Source: an archaeon (GTDB lineage: Archaea > Nanobdellota > Nanobdellia > Pacearchaeales > GW2011-AR1). Taken from it: a stretch of 55,201 nucleotides of DNA. The position numbers were made by a program, and so were the translations under genes. The stretch is taken from positions 1 through 55,201 of the forward strand of contig JAUXAD010000002.1 of the NCBI GenBank assembly GCA_030620045.1, given 5' to 3'. The notes beneath the pieces were generated by a model, which saw nothing but the letters and a program-made list of their open reading frames with translations, was not told where the DNA came from and did not search any database. Below, piece after piece: positions 44,204 to 53,187 of this stretch (position 1 is the stretch's first letter; every line of letters begins with the position of its first letter).

Positions 44204-45409
44204 TCATCTCCCCCAAATTGCGTTTAATATACTCTCTTTTGAAACTCTCCAAGCAGGAAGAACTCCTGCAATAATTGACATGGTAAGCATGGTAAAAATA
44301 CTTTGTATTATTAATTCTCCCTGAATCTCTGGAATAATTTCAATAGACTCATAAAAAACTACAGGACTTATAGTAAAATAATACATAAGTATAAAGTATA
44401 AAACCAATCCTGCAAGTATCCCCATTGATACATAGAACATGCTAATAAATGCATATGATATTACTATTGAACGAGGAGATATGCCGACTGCTTTTAAAAT
44501 TCCTATTTCTTTTTTTCTATTCAGAACATTAATATAAACAATAATTAAGATTAATGTAGCTCCCACAATTAAACTAACATATTTTGAAATAACATTTACC
44601 AAATCTAAGCTTTCCATGGCTTGTCTTAAGATAGCATCAGATTTTTCATTATTTGTAAAAACCTGCTCTTTAACTCCAGCTGCAATTATTTTCTCTTTTA
44701 CTTTTGCCGAATTATCAGCGTCCTTTACTCTTATAACAACACTTGTCGCTTTACCTTCATCAAGACCATATACATTTTTAATCTCTTCATAATGAACTAA
44801 AGCATTTAAGTCAGTAAGCTCAAATGTGCCTTCCATTATCCCTTTTACCTTGTATGTTCTTTGCACACCATTATTGTATGTTACATTAACAAATGATCCT
44901 GGTTTTACCTCACCTAAATTATCATATATTTCAGAACCGAAATAACCTTCTGCAAGCATTGCACCAATTATAATCTCATCTTGTGCAAGGTCTCCTAAAA
45001 ATTCTCCCTCACTTATAATATAAGGATATTGCGAGATATCATATTCTTCTGTAGGGAATAATCCTGTTATTGAGGCGCCTACAACTTTATGCTTATGTTT
45101 TATGGACACTCCTGCATCTAACCTTTTTGTTGCGGCACTTACATCTGGAATTGCTCTAACTTTTTGCAATACATTGTCTGCATTGTTTATGTAAATATTA
45201 TCGCCACTTGGCTCAACAACAATGTCTCCATAAGGATATATCATAAAATTATTGAACATGCCAGTCATTCCCCCCATCATTGAAGGTAAAAACACTAAAT
45301 TCATAAAAATAAGAGCTAGAACAAATACTATGAATGCTAGGGTTTTTTTATTTCCCCTCTTTATAGAACTTTTTGCGCTAAGAAATCCAACTTTAAGGTC
45401 ATTAAGCAT
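44204..45409 (-). CDS. ABC transporter permease, FtsX/MacB type
   Basis: N-terminal TM, large extracytoplasmic domain, C-terminal FtsX module (EIGILKAVG and three TM helices). Confidence 0.85.
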   Translation of the reverse strand: MLNDLKVGFLSAKSSIKRGNKKTLAFIVFVLALIFMNLVFLPSMMGGMTGMFNNFMIYPYGDIVVEPSGDNIYINNADNVLQKVRAIPDVSAATKRLDAGVSIKHKHKVVGASITGLFPTEEYDISQYPYIISEGEFLGDLAQDEIIIGAMLAEGYFGSEIYDNLGEVKPGSFVNVTYNNGVQRTYKVKGIMEGTFELTDLNALVHYEEIKNVYGLDEGKATSVVIRVKDADNSAKVKEKIIAAGVKEQVFTNNEKSDAILRQAMESLDLVNVISKYVSLIVGATLILIIVYINVLNRKKEIGILKAVGISPRSIVISYAFISMFYVSMGILAGLVLYFILMYYFTISPVVFYESIEIIPEIQGELIIQSIFTMLTMSIIAGVLPAWRVSKESILNAIWGR

Positions 45410-45416
45410 TTTCCCC

Positions 45417-46418
45417 TCATTTTTTATATTTTCTTAATATTTCTCTTTTGAATTCTTTTTTTCTTCTTTCTTTTTTCTCTCTTTCCTTTTTTTCTGTATG
45501 AGTTTTTTCTGTTATTTTAGGAGTTTTAATTTCTTCATTTTTTTCTCCACCCAGAAGTTGGTGAATTATTTTTTCTTTTGCTTTTTTTGTTTTAATAAAA
45601 TAATATATTCCTCCCCCAAAAATAGCGATTATTAATATGGTAAGAATAATTACCCCAATATTTGATTTTTTCTTTAAGATAGTAAGACTTATACTTGTTT
45701 TTATTTCATTATCCCCAAAATCATCTTTATATGAAATAGTAACTGGAAATTCAAACTCTCCTGCTTTATCCACAATAAAAGTTAAGACAGCTGGACCATC
45801 TTCATCTGAATCAAGTGCACCAATAAATGACTGTTTTAATCCTTGAAATGAATGATTTGCATATACGCTTACTGATTTTGCAGTTGCATCCCCTGTATTT
45901 TCTATTCTTATGGTTAATTCAACTATCTCTCCTTTTCTTGGAAGTACTGGGTCAGTTTTAAGAGAAGCTATGCTTAATTCTGCCTCGTCTCCTATGACAT
46001 TAAAAGTGATATTATAATTTTTTATTCTTAGATTTTTTTCTAATCCATAAGACAATCTTGTTTTGATTATATGGGTTCCAGGTTGAGCATCATTAGTTGT
46101 CTTCATATGATAAGTAATAAATCTCTCACTGTTTCCATAATATAATTTAGAAATATTAATGACTAAAGGTTCTTTAATTGTAATATCTGTTGGGGGGTTG
46201 AGCAATTCAAAAGAAACATATTCTGGTATTTCATCTCCGCAATTTTCAATTTGTATTCCCACAGTAAATTCCTCATTGACTCCAATTGAACTTGGACTAA
46301 TATCTGAAACTTCTGCTGTTACACAATAACCTTTGTCCAATGCATTTACACTTGTCACTGTTAAGAAAATCATTGCAGTTATAATTACAAAATTAATGAA
46401 AAACTTTTTGATGTTCAT
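45417..46418 (-). CDS. secreted COG1361/CARDB-like S-layer-domain protein with C-terminal TM and Lys/Glu-rich tail
   Basis: Signal peptide. Two Ig-like repeats (FTVGIQIENCGD..., VELTIRIENTGDATAK...). TM helix near the C-terminus. Confidence 0.6.
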   Translation of the reverse strand: MNIKKFFINFVIITAMIFLTVTSVNALDKGYCVTAEVSDISPSSIGVNEEFTVGIQIENCGDEIPEYVSFELLNPPTDITIKEPLVINISKLYYGNSERFITYHMKTTNDAQPGTHIIKTRLSYGLEKNLRIKNYNITFNVIGDEAELSIASLKTDPVLPRKGEIVELTIRIENTGDATAKSVSVYANHSFQGLKQSFIGALDSDEDGPAVLTFIVDKAGEFEFPVTISYKDDFGDNEIKTSISLTILKKKSNIGVIILTILIIAIFGGGIYYFIKTKKAKEKIIHQLLGGEKNEEIKTPKITEKTHTEKKEREKKERRKKEFKREILRKYKK

Positions 46419-46525
46419 TCTACCTCTTTTATTATTTTAATTTGATGGGATAATAATTTATAAAAGTATTGTAACATCCCTGCCTAACTTTCAATCACAA
46501 CATCTAATATTTTCAATATCATAAA

Positions 46526-46620
46526 CGCCCCTGCCGAACTCCCGACCTTGCACGAGTAATTAATATTAGAAGTTTCTCTCTACCACAAAGTCACTCGGAT
46601 TCGAATCTCGGGTTCCCCGA
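46526..46620 (-). pseudogene. tRNA-Glu 3' fragment (T-arm copy plus 3' end) interrupted by the GC-rich module
   Basis: CGCCCCTGCCGA at 46526-46537 is identical to 46654-46665. A T-arm-like TTCGAATCTCGGGT lies at 46600-46613. The module sits between them. Confidence 0.55.
46539..46596 (-). repeat. GC-rich dispersed module, Glu-locus copy
   Basis: Ends with AGGTCGGGAG as in the Lys copy. Shares TTAATTAC with the herA copy, plus the GAG-GA-TT start and GAAACT. Confidence 0.55.
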
Positions 46621-46653
46621 GTTTAATCGAGAGGGGATTTACAATCCCCTAAA

Positions 46654-46803
46654 CGCCCCTGCCGAGATTCGAACTCGGGTCACCACCGTTCTCCAACAAG
46701 ACAGGTTGCATTAAGATGCATAGACCTTGTCTCTCATCGAGATTTAATCACCTCTCTGTCTAATGTGAGAGGGTGGCATCCTTGGCCTCTAGACTACAGG
46801 GGC
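46654..46803 (-). tRNA. tRNA-Glu(CUC) with an intron of about 77 nt after position 37
   Basis: Hand fold: acceptor GCCCCTG/CAGGGGC, D arm GTCT-AGAGGCCAA-GGAT, anticodon stem CCACC/GGTGG, loop CTCTCA[intron]C. T arm CCGAG-TTCGAAT-CTCGG, discriminator G. Confidence 0.8.
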
Positions 46804-46848
46804 ATCTGATTTATAGAATTAGTAAAAATTCTTTATAAATTTTATAGT

Positions 46849-47100
46849 TTATTCAATTAGGAAAACTTTGTCATTAGGTCTCACTTTTTCAGACACTTTT
46901 ATTCCAATGTGGTCACCTTTTTTTGCTTTTGATACATCCTTTTTCTCTATCTGTATGCTATCTACTTCTTGTTCAAAATCTGTTGTGTTGCCTTTTATAT
47001 GGATTTTACTTCCAATTTTCAATTTGCCTGAAAGTTTTATGGCAGCTACACTTACATGACTAAAGTAACTAGAAACTTTTCCAATTTCTTTCTCTTCCAT
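46849..47100 (-). CDS. small EF-Tu domain-2-like beta-barrel protein
   Basis: 83 aa. GKLKIGSKIHIKG...KGDHIGIKV resembles translation-factor domain II. Confidence 0.4.
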   Translation of the reverse strand: MEEKEIGKVSSYFSHVSVAAIKLSGKLKIGSKIHIKGNTTDFEQEVDSIQIEKKDVSKAKKGDHIGIKVSEKVRPNDKVFLIE

Positions 47101-47178
47101 GATTTATTAAAGAATTAAGTATATTTAAAGTTAGTGATTTAAGAAGTTTTTAATACTCATATTTGCATTTTAATCCAC

Positions 47179-47251
47179 AGCCCTATAGTACAGTGGTCAA
47201 GTATGCAAGGTTCTGAACCTTGTGACCCAGGTTCGAATCCTGGTAGGGCTA
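47179..47251 (+). tRNA. tRNA-Gln(CUG)
   Basis: Acceptor AGCCCTA/TAGGGCT (A1-U72), D arm GTAC-AGTGGTCAA-GTAT, anticodon stem CAAGG/CCTTG with loop TTCTGAA. T arm CCAGG-TTCGAAT-CCTGG, discriminator A. Confidence 0.9.
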
Positions 47252-47304
47252 TTCTTAAAAAAAGTTTACGAAATCTTTTTATACTAACTGTTCCTTAATT
47301 TGTT

Positions 47305-47607
47305 ATGGAGGTCGGACTTATTATTTTTATTATAGTAGCATTGATTATAGCAGTTTGGATAGTAGTTCAGGTAAAGCATATGAGGCATAAAATATTTGCT
47401 ATACTTTTAATAGCATTAGTGTTATTTTTATATATTAGTTCTACTTTTGTTTTTAAAGACCAGGATATAGATTTTAAAACTATTTCAGGAGTGACGACTG
47501 CGTCCAGACTTTACTTTTCTTGGCTCGGCTCTATTTTTGTGAATATAAAATCAATAACAACTAGTGCGATTAAAATGGACTGGGAAGGAAATTCAACTAG
47601 TGGATAG
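47305..47607 (+). CDS. small membrane protein
   Basis: 100 aa, two TM helices. Confidence 0.4.
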   Translation: MEVGLIIFIIVALIIAVWIVVQVKHMRHKIFAILLIALVLFLYISSTFVFKDQDIDFKTISGVTTASRLYFSWLGSIFVNIKSITTSAIKMDWEGNSTSG

Positions 47608-47668
47608 TAAATGATAATAATTTTAATGTATAGGTAAAATTTAAAAAGTATGTTTTATATATTATAAA

Positions 47669-47947
47669 ATGGTGAAGAAAAAGAGGGTGAAAAAAGTTTC
47701 TAAAAAAAGGGTGGCGAAGAAGTCTTCAAGATTTGTTCGTGCTAGTAAAAGAAAAATTAATTTAGTTTTGAGAAATTTGATTTTGTTTGTAGTTATGGCT
47801 TTAATATCTTTTGTTTTGTATAGTTTTTTAACTAATGAGTTGTTTAAGAATTTGTTTTCAATTTTAGCAATGATTTTTGGATTCATAGCTGTAGCATTTT
47901 TGATAGTTCTTTTGGTTTTTCTTATTCTGAAGGCGATGAAGAAGTAA
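47669..47947 (+). CDS. small membrane protein with basic N-terminus
   Basis: 92 aa, two TM helices. The antisense ORF is rejected. Confidence 0.4.
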   Translation: MVKKKRVKKVSKKRVAKKSSRFVRASKRKINLVLRNLILFVVMALISFVLYSFLTNELFKNLFSILAMIFGFIAVAFLIVLLVFLILKAMKK

Positions 47948-47995
47948 TTAATTTTGTAGATAATTTTTTATATTTTAATTCTTAGAATTTTATAT

Positions 47996-48069
47996 GTCTC
48001 AGTAGCTCAGTTGGTTAGAGCACTTCATTGGTAATGAAGAGGTCCTGAGTTCGACTCTCAGCTGAGGCT
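47996..48069 (+). tRNA. tRNA-Thr(GGU)
   Basis: Acceptor GTCTCAG/CTGAGGC, D arm GCTC-AGTTGGTTA-GAGC, anticodon stem CTTCA/TGAAG with loop TTGGTAA. T arm CTGAG-TTCGACT-CTCAG, discriminator T. Confidence 0.9.
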
Positions 48070-48081
48070 TTTGAATGATGC

Positions 48082-49824
48082 TTAGCCAAGTTTTTCAAAT
48101 ATTTCTTCTAAATTAATCTCAAAAATTGCAACAGGCATTTTTATTTTCCAGTTCTTTAAAATTTTGGGATGAATTTCCCCTACGAATCCTATTCTTTTAT
48201 TTAATGTCTCAGAATTTGGTTTTTCCTTCCGCCTTCCATCCCCACCAACCACCTTCATTTGCTTCGACATTAAATCACTTTCTCCTAAGATTATTTCAGC
48301 AACTCTTCCATCAATAAAATGTAATGGAAATTCTTCTGGTTCTTTAATTTTTATTTTTACATTAATCATTTTTAAAAAATATTCTAATCTTTGTTTTATT
48401 TCTGTGAAGTTCCCAGGAGTGATTGCTACTGCAAGATTTTCTCTTTCATTTATTTCTTCTTTTTGCAATTTGAAAACTTTCCCTATTTCAAAAATTGATT
48501 GTGGATATTCTGAGTCTATGTTTTCTGAAAGATTTTTTAATAGATAAGGTGTTAGATATTTTCTTAAGAGAGTATAATCTGTTTTTGATTCTTCTACTTC
48601 AATGAAATCTTTTTCTTGTTTTTTTGAAATTCCCATTTTTGTGAATTCATCTTTTTTATTTGTCAAATGATAATTTGAAACTTCTAGCATTTTTAATCCT
48701 GAAAGAATTTCTGCAATTTTTCTTTTGATTGTTTCTTTTGAGTTTTCTTGACCTATAGTTGATATATCTGGAATTTCTGGAATGAAATTTTCATAACCAT
48801 ATGCAATTGCAACATCTTCAATTAAATCAACTTCATGTAAAATGTCTATTCTCCAAGCAGGAATTTTAACACCACCTTTGTTATAATCATATCCCATTTT
48901 TTCGATTAATTGTTTTAGTTGCTTTTCGTCAAGATTTAATCCTAAAAGTTTATTTGTATTTTCCAGGGATATTTTTGCTTTTTCAGGGGTTAAATCAGGA
49001 GTTATTTTTATATTTTTATATTTTAGTTCCATTTGGTAAATTTTTCCTCCCATGTCTGCTAAACTTGTTATAATTATATTAAGACATTTTTTTAATATTT
49101 CAAAATCAAAACCAGAACATTCTATAAAAACATCTTTTGTTTTTTCTGTTATTTTCCCTGTCAATTGAGAGTTGATTATTGGAGGCATACTTAGTATGTT
49201 TTTGTTTGCGTCAATGAAGATTGGGAATTTTGCCTTCCCTGCTAAGAGATGAGCATAATCTCTTCCTGCGGGGTGTCTTTGAAGAATTTGAAGTCCAGAC
49301 ATTTCCCTGTCCATTTCTAATAGAATGAATTTTATTTTATCAGGTTCTAATGCTTTGAAGATTATCGGCAACTTAATTTTTTCCAAAGGGTAAATTCCTA
49401 TTGCAATCTTTTTTCTTTTTCTTCCAATAGTAATATGTAGTTTTTCCTGAATTTCAATTAATTCTTTAATTTTTTCATCATTTAATTTTAAACTTTTAAC
49501 AATTGCGCAAGCAGTATATGGACGAACATTTTTTACTGACGAATCTATGATAACTTTGTAATCTTTTTTTGGCTTATTTATTTTATATTTTTTTAATCCA
49601 GTTTTTTTCCCTAAAAAAGTTAGAAAGGATCTTTTAAATCCTTGATAAGAAAGTAAATCTGGGCGGTTTGGAAAGATTTCAACTTGAATCTCTTCATTAT
49701 TAATTTTTTCAATAGGTGTTCCAAACATGGCAATTCTGTCTTGCATTTTTTCATCTAATTTTCCTATTTCTTTTTCAAATTGTTTTTTGTTGAGGTTTAT
49801 TATTGCCATTTTATATTTCATCAA
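48082..49824 (-). CDS. pheT: phenylalanyl-tRNA synthetase beta subunit
   Basis: Archaeal PheT layout (B3/4 domain, B5 domain, C-terminal catalytic-like domain ending IGFVGEIHPKIL...VAIFEINL). Carries a 27-aa insertion near the C-terminus. Confidence 0.9.
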   Translation of the reverse strand: MMKYKMAIINLNKKQFEKEIGKLDEKMQDRIAMFGTPIEKINNEEIQVEIFPNRPDLLSYQGFKRSFLTFLGKKTGLKKYKINKPKKDYKVIIDSSVKNVRPYTACAIVKSLKLNDEKIKELIEIQEKLHITIGRKRKKIAIGIYPLEKIKLPIIFKALEPDKIKFILLEMDREMSGLQILQRHPAGRDYAHLLAGKAKFPIFIDANKNILSMPPIINSQLTGKITEKTKDVFIECSGFDFEILKKCLNIIITSLADMGGKIYQMELKYKNIKITPDLTPEKAKISLENTNKLLGLNLDEKQLKQLIEKMGYDYNKGGVKIPAWRIDILHEVDLIEDVAIAYGYENFIPEIPDISTIGQENSKETIKRKIAEILSGLKMLEVSNYHLTNKKDEFTKMGISKKQEKDFIEVEESKTDYTLLRKYLTPYLLKNLSENIDSEYPQSIFEIGKVFKLQKEEINERENLAVAITPGNFTEIKQRLEYFLKMINVKIKIKEPEEFPLHFIDGRVAEIILGESDLMSKQMKVVGGDGRRKEKPNSETLNKRIGFVGEIHPKILKNWKIKMPVAIFEINLEEIFEKLG

Positions 49825-50320
49825 CCTCTACTAATTCTAAATTAAGCATATTATTTGATTTTTCATTATCAAAAAGGAGTGTTCCTTTGAATTTTTTCCC
49901 TTCTAAAAATAATGGCACCCAGTGTTTGTCATCTGACCACATTTCTTCAAAAGGTATTTCATCAACATTGAACCATTGCGGTTTCATCTCTTCGGATTCA
50001 GTTGGTTCTCCTTTAAATTCAGATATATGAAATATATGGACTTCAAGAGTTTCTTGGCTGTCTTGAAATTCAAAAGTTATGATTCCTTTTTTTTCCATTT
50101 CTTTTACACTAACTCTTATCTCTTCTTCTACTTCTCTTTTTGCAGCATCCTCAATTGTTTCTCCATCATTAAGTTTGCCTCCAAACCCATTCCATCTTCC
50201 TTCCCCAAATCCTCTTTTTTTAAGTCCAAGGAGAATCTTGGGGTGTTGGTATATCAAACATAAAGTAAGTTGTATAACCATTTTATTTATTATCAATTCC
50301 CCCTGCTTTTGTATTAGCAT
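49811..50320 (-). CDS. NUDIX hydrolase (MutT-like)
   Basis: Nudix box GGKLNDGETIEDAAKREVEEEIRV. Confidence 0.8.
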   Translation of the reverse strand: MLIQKQGELIINKMVIQLTLCLIYQHPKILLGLKKRGFGEGRWNGFGGKLNDGETIEDAAKREVEEEIRVSVKEMEKKGIITFEFQDSQETLEVHIFHISEFKGEPTESEEMKPQWFNVDEIPFEEMWSDDKHWVPLFLEGKKFKGTLLFDNEKSNNMLNLELVEVDEI

Positions 50321-50657
50321 GTTTAACTTGTTTCATTTTTTCTGCTGGCATTCTTCTTTCATATTCTTCTAATGTATTTTGCAAAGCTTGACTTGCGTCA
50401 ACTTTGGTTTGATTTGCAATTTTTAATAATAAGAATAAAGTATCTCCTATGTAATCAGAGACTTTTTCTTTGTTATTATTAATAACTTCTTTTTGCTTTT
50501 CATCATTAACCCATTTAATTAAGTCCCATAGTTCTCCACCCTCTTCAGTTATATTTAATAGTAAATCCTTTATGTTCCAATCATTTCTCCATCCTCTCGC
50601 TATATCAAATCCTTTTATCTTATCTTGTGCTTCTTTGATTTCCATTATTTCATCCAA
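50283..50657 (-). CDS. MazG-like nucleotide pyrophosphohydrolase
   Basis: All-alpha. EEGGELWD ... IGDTLFLLLKIAN matches the E..E...E..D metal-binding helices of the MazG family. Confidence 0.6.
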   Translation of the reverse strand: MDEIMEIKEAQDKIKGFDIARGWRNDWNIKDLLLNITEEGGELWDLIKWVNDEKQKEVINNNKEKVSDYIGDTLFLLLKIANQTKVDASQALQNTLEEYERRMPAEKMKQVKHANTKAGGIDNK

Positions 50658-52153
50658 AATTTTATTTTTCTTAATTGAGTTATATTGTTTTTGTATAATT
50701 CACGAAGGTCTTTTATTCCATAATAATCCGTTATTATTCTATCAGGACCCATCCCCCATGCAAGAATAGGTATATGTTTTCCTAAAAGAGGTATTGTTAC
50801 TTCTGGTCTGAACATTCCTGCTCCCCCTAATTCTAACCAAACTTTTTTTTCAGGATGCCAAACATCTACCTCGACACTAGGTTCTGTATAAGAGAAGAAT
50901 CCAGGCCTGAATCTTATTTTTTCAAAACCCATTTTTTTGAAGAATTGTTTTAAATATCCAAGTAAATGCCTAAAATCAGCATTCTCATCTACAACAATTC
51001 CTTCTGATTGATGAAACTCAAAGCCATGACTCCAGTCAACTGTCTCATTTCTAAAATTTTTCCCAATAGCAAAAAATTTCGCAGGTAAGTTTTCTTCTTT
51101 TAATTTGGCCAATGTTTGAGAAGACAAGCAAGTTGTATGAGTTCGCATGACAAGTCTTTTGGCTTCTTCATCATCCCATTCATATTGCCAACCTTTGCTT
51201 CCTGTTGTTCCTTTTTCATGAGCATCTTTTACAGCTTTTACAATTTTTTTGTCAGGAAGAGTTGCTTTTTTATCAAGGAAGAATGTGTCCTGCATTTCTC
51301 TTACAGGATGGTCTTGCGCAGTAAACAAAGCATCAAAATTCCAGAAAGAACTTACAATCATATTTCCAGTCATTTCTTTAAAACCCATATCTGTCCATAT
51401 TTTTCTTGCATAATCCATTGATTGATTTACAAAATGTCTTTTCCCTCCATTAATTGCAGGTACTGAAGAGACAATATCATATCTTCTGAATTTTTTGCTC
51501 TTCCATTGTGATTCTTTTTTTAAGATTTCTGGGGTTATTTGCTCAATTGAGTCTTTTTCTTTTATTCTGTAATTAATTGCTTTTTTCCCTAATTCAGTAA
51601 CTTCAATATTGATTATTTTTTCTTCTTTTGTTCTAACTATATCTTTTCTGTTTTGGAGAGATTTTAATGCGTGAAGTTGTTCGGGGGATAAGGAGTCATG
51701 CTCTATTGGAAGAACTTCAATGAAGGATTCTTCAAGGATTTTTTTTGAAATTTCTTCTTTGTTTGCATTTAAAATTATTCTTTGGTTTTTTAATTCAATC
51801 ATTGCTTTTTTCTTTAATGCTCCAATAGCTGCTTTAAATTCATCGTTTGATAATCGGCTCTCTTTTTGTGCTTCTTGTAATTTAAGAATTCTTTTTTCAT
51901 TTAGAAGATGCAAGAGCCTTCTTTCTGGCAAACCCTTTTTTTTGTATAATGCTCCATTAACTCCTATTTCTATTATTTTCTTTTTTTTAAAAGAAAGATT
52001 CACTATTTTTTTGTTTTGCAAATATTCTAAAGCTCTTAATACAGAAGTCTGGTCTAAGTTAGACTTTTTACAAATTTCGCTTATTTTTTTTTCTTCAAGA
52101 TGTGGAAGAATCTTTCTTTCATTAGGACTTAGAGATTCTATTATCTTTTCCAT
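50645..52153 (-). CDS. pheS: phenylalanyl-tRNA synthetase alpha subunit
   Basis: N-terminal winged-helix repeats, class II motifs (HPVREMQDTFF, FRNE, GAGMFRPEV...GMGPDR). Confidence 0.92.
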   Translation of the reverse strand: MEKIIESLSPNERKILPHLEEKKISEICKKSNLDQTSVLRALEYLQNKKIVNLSFKKKKIIEIGVNGALYKKKGLPERRLLHLLNEKRILKLQEAQKESRLSNDEFKAAIGALKKKAMIELKNQRIILNANKEEISKKILEESFIEVLPIEHDSLSPEQLHALKSLQNRKDIVRTKEEKIINIEVTELGKKAINYRIKEKDSIEQITPEILKKESQWKSKKFRRYDIVSSVPAINGGKRHFVNQSMDYARKIWTDMGFKEMTGNMIVSSFWNFDALFTAQDHPVREMQDTFFLDKKATLPDKKIVKAVKDAHEKGTTGSKGWQYEWDDEEAKRLVMRTHTTCLSSQTLAKLKEENLPAKFFAIGKNFRNETVDWSHGFEFHQSEGIVVDENADFRHLLGYLKQFFKKMGFEKIRFRPGFFSYTEPSVEVDVWHPEKKVWLELGGAGMFRPEVTIPLLGKHIPILAWGMGPDRIITDYYGIKDLRELYKNNITQLRKIKFWMK

Positions 52154-52220
52154 AACAATTTAGAGAAGGATTAATTTATAATTGTTTCTTCTCGGCTATT
52201 GGAAAGCTGTTATGGATTGT

Positions 52221-52685
52221 TTAAAATTTGTCACTGTCCAATAACCTCGTCATAGACGTCGGCATGCCTAAAACCAAGCCAAGTGCTTTTAAATCATAAA
52301 TATTTCTTTTTTGTTTGAAAGAAATAAATTTCATTTTTAGTTTGTTTTTGTTACAAAGTTTTATGTTTTGGGAAATACGGGCAAGGATTTTTGCTTTGTT
52401 TTTACCCTTTGAATTAATTATTTCATCTAAATTTATCCCGATTGTTATATTTTTCTTTTTCGCTATTTTTGCAAGAACATGATTGAATCCAGAATTTCTT
52501 TGTTTTGGTTTATCTTTTCTATTTGCAAGATTTATCAAAAGAATTTGAATTGGAAGTTTTTCAAGAACTTTTCTATTTAATTCATCATTGTTACTTGAGA
52601 AGATAATTGTTTTATCAGAATTTGTTTTTATCTTTTCACGTATCTTATTGAAATTACTTTCTTGGAGGAGGATTGTGTTTTTCAT
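52221..52685 (-). CDS. rnp3: RNase P protein component 3 (Rpp30/p30-like), short form
   Basis: NSGFNHVLAKIAKKKNITIGINLDEI and NIYDLKALGLVLGM resemble the Rpp30 TIM-barrel C-terminal half. At 154 aa it is short, so the call is tentative. Confidence 0.5.
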   Translation of the reverse strand: MKNTILLQESNFNKIREKIKTNSDKTIIFSSNNDELNRKVLEKLPIQILLINLANRKDKPKQRNSGFNHVLAKIAKKKNITIGINLDEIINSKGKNKAKILARISQNIKLCNKNKLKMKFISFKQKRNIYDLKALGLVLGMPTSMTRLLDSDKF

Positions 52686-52745
52686 ATTATATTATAGATA
52701 TTTAGTTATATAAATATTTATAAATTCGAAATTTTTGAGGGAGTT

Positions 52746-53045
52746 ATGGAAAAATACTTTTATCCTTATGTCGATTTTCCTAAAGGGGATTGTGACTGTT
52801 ATGATGTATGTGTTCTTTCGAATGAATCGATAAGAGATTCTAGGATTCTTTTAAAGTTTCAAGAGGGTATTTTAGTATGTGAAGAACCTTTATCACGTGA
52901 TGCCTATCTTGATAGACATGAGATGGAGGGATTTGCAAGGGAAAAGCGAGGGGAATTTATTCCTTTTGGGAGAACTTTGAATTTAGAAGGGGATGTTCGA
53001 GGAATTTCTTTAAAAAAAGAGCAACTTGTTCCGAACGAGGATTAA
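52746..53045 (+). CDS. hypothetical protein (99 aa)
   Basis: ORF only. Confidence 0.4.
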   Translation: MEKYFYPYVDFPKGDCDCYDVCVLSNESIRDSRILLKFQEGILVCEEPLSRDAYLDRHEMEGFAREKRGEFIPFGRTLNLEGDVRGISLKKEQLVPNED

Positions 53046-53187
53046 TCCTAATTGTTGTTCCTTTAAATTTTTCATGAAGTTAGTAAGAGAAAAGGGTTTT
53101 TATTTTTGGTGGTTTGATGTTTGGGTTAAGGGAAGTTTTGTTTAGGTCTTTAGAAAGTCTTAAAAAGTTATTGCAGATGTTTTTTGT

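Noticed and set aside
46677-46754. Box C/D sRNA inside the tRNA-Glu intron
   Set aside because: Only imperfect C-like strings are present (GGTGATTA, CGATGAG), and there is no CUGA D box in the intron.
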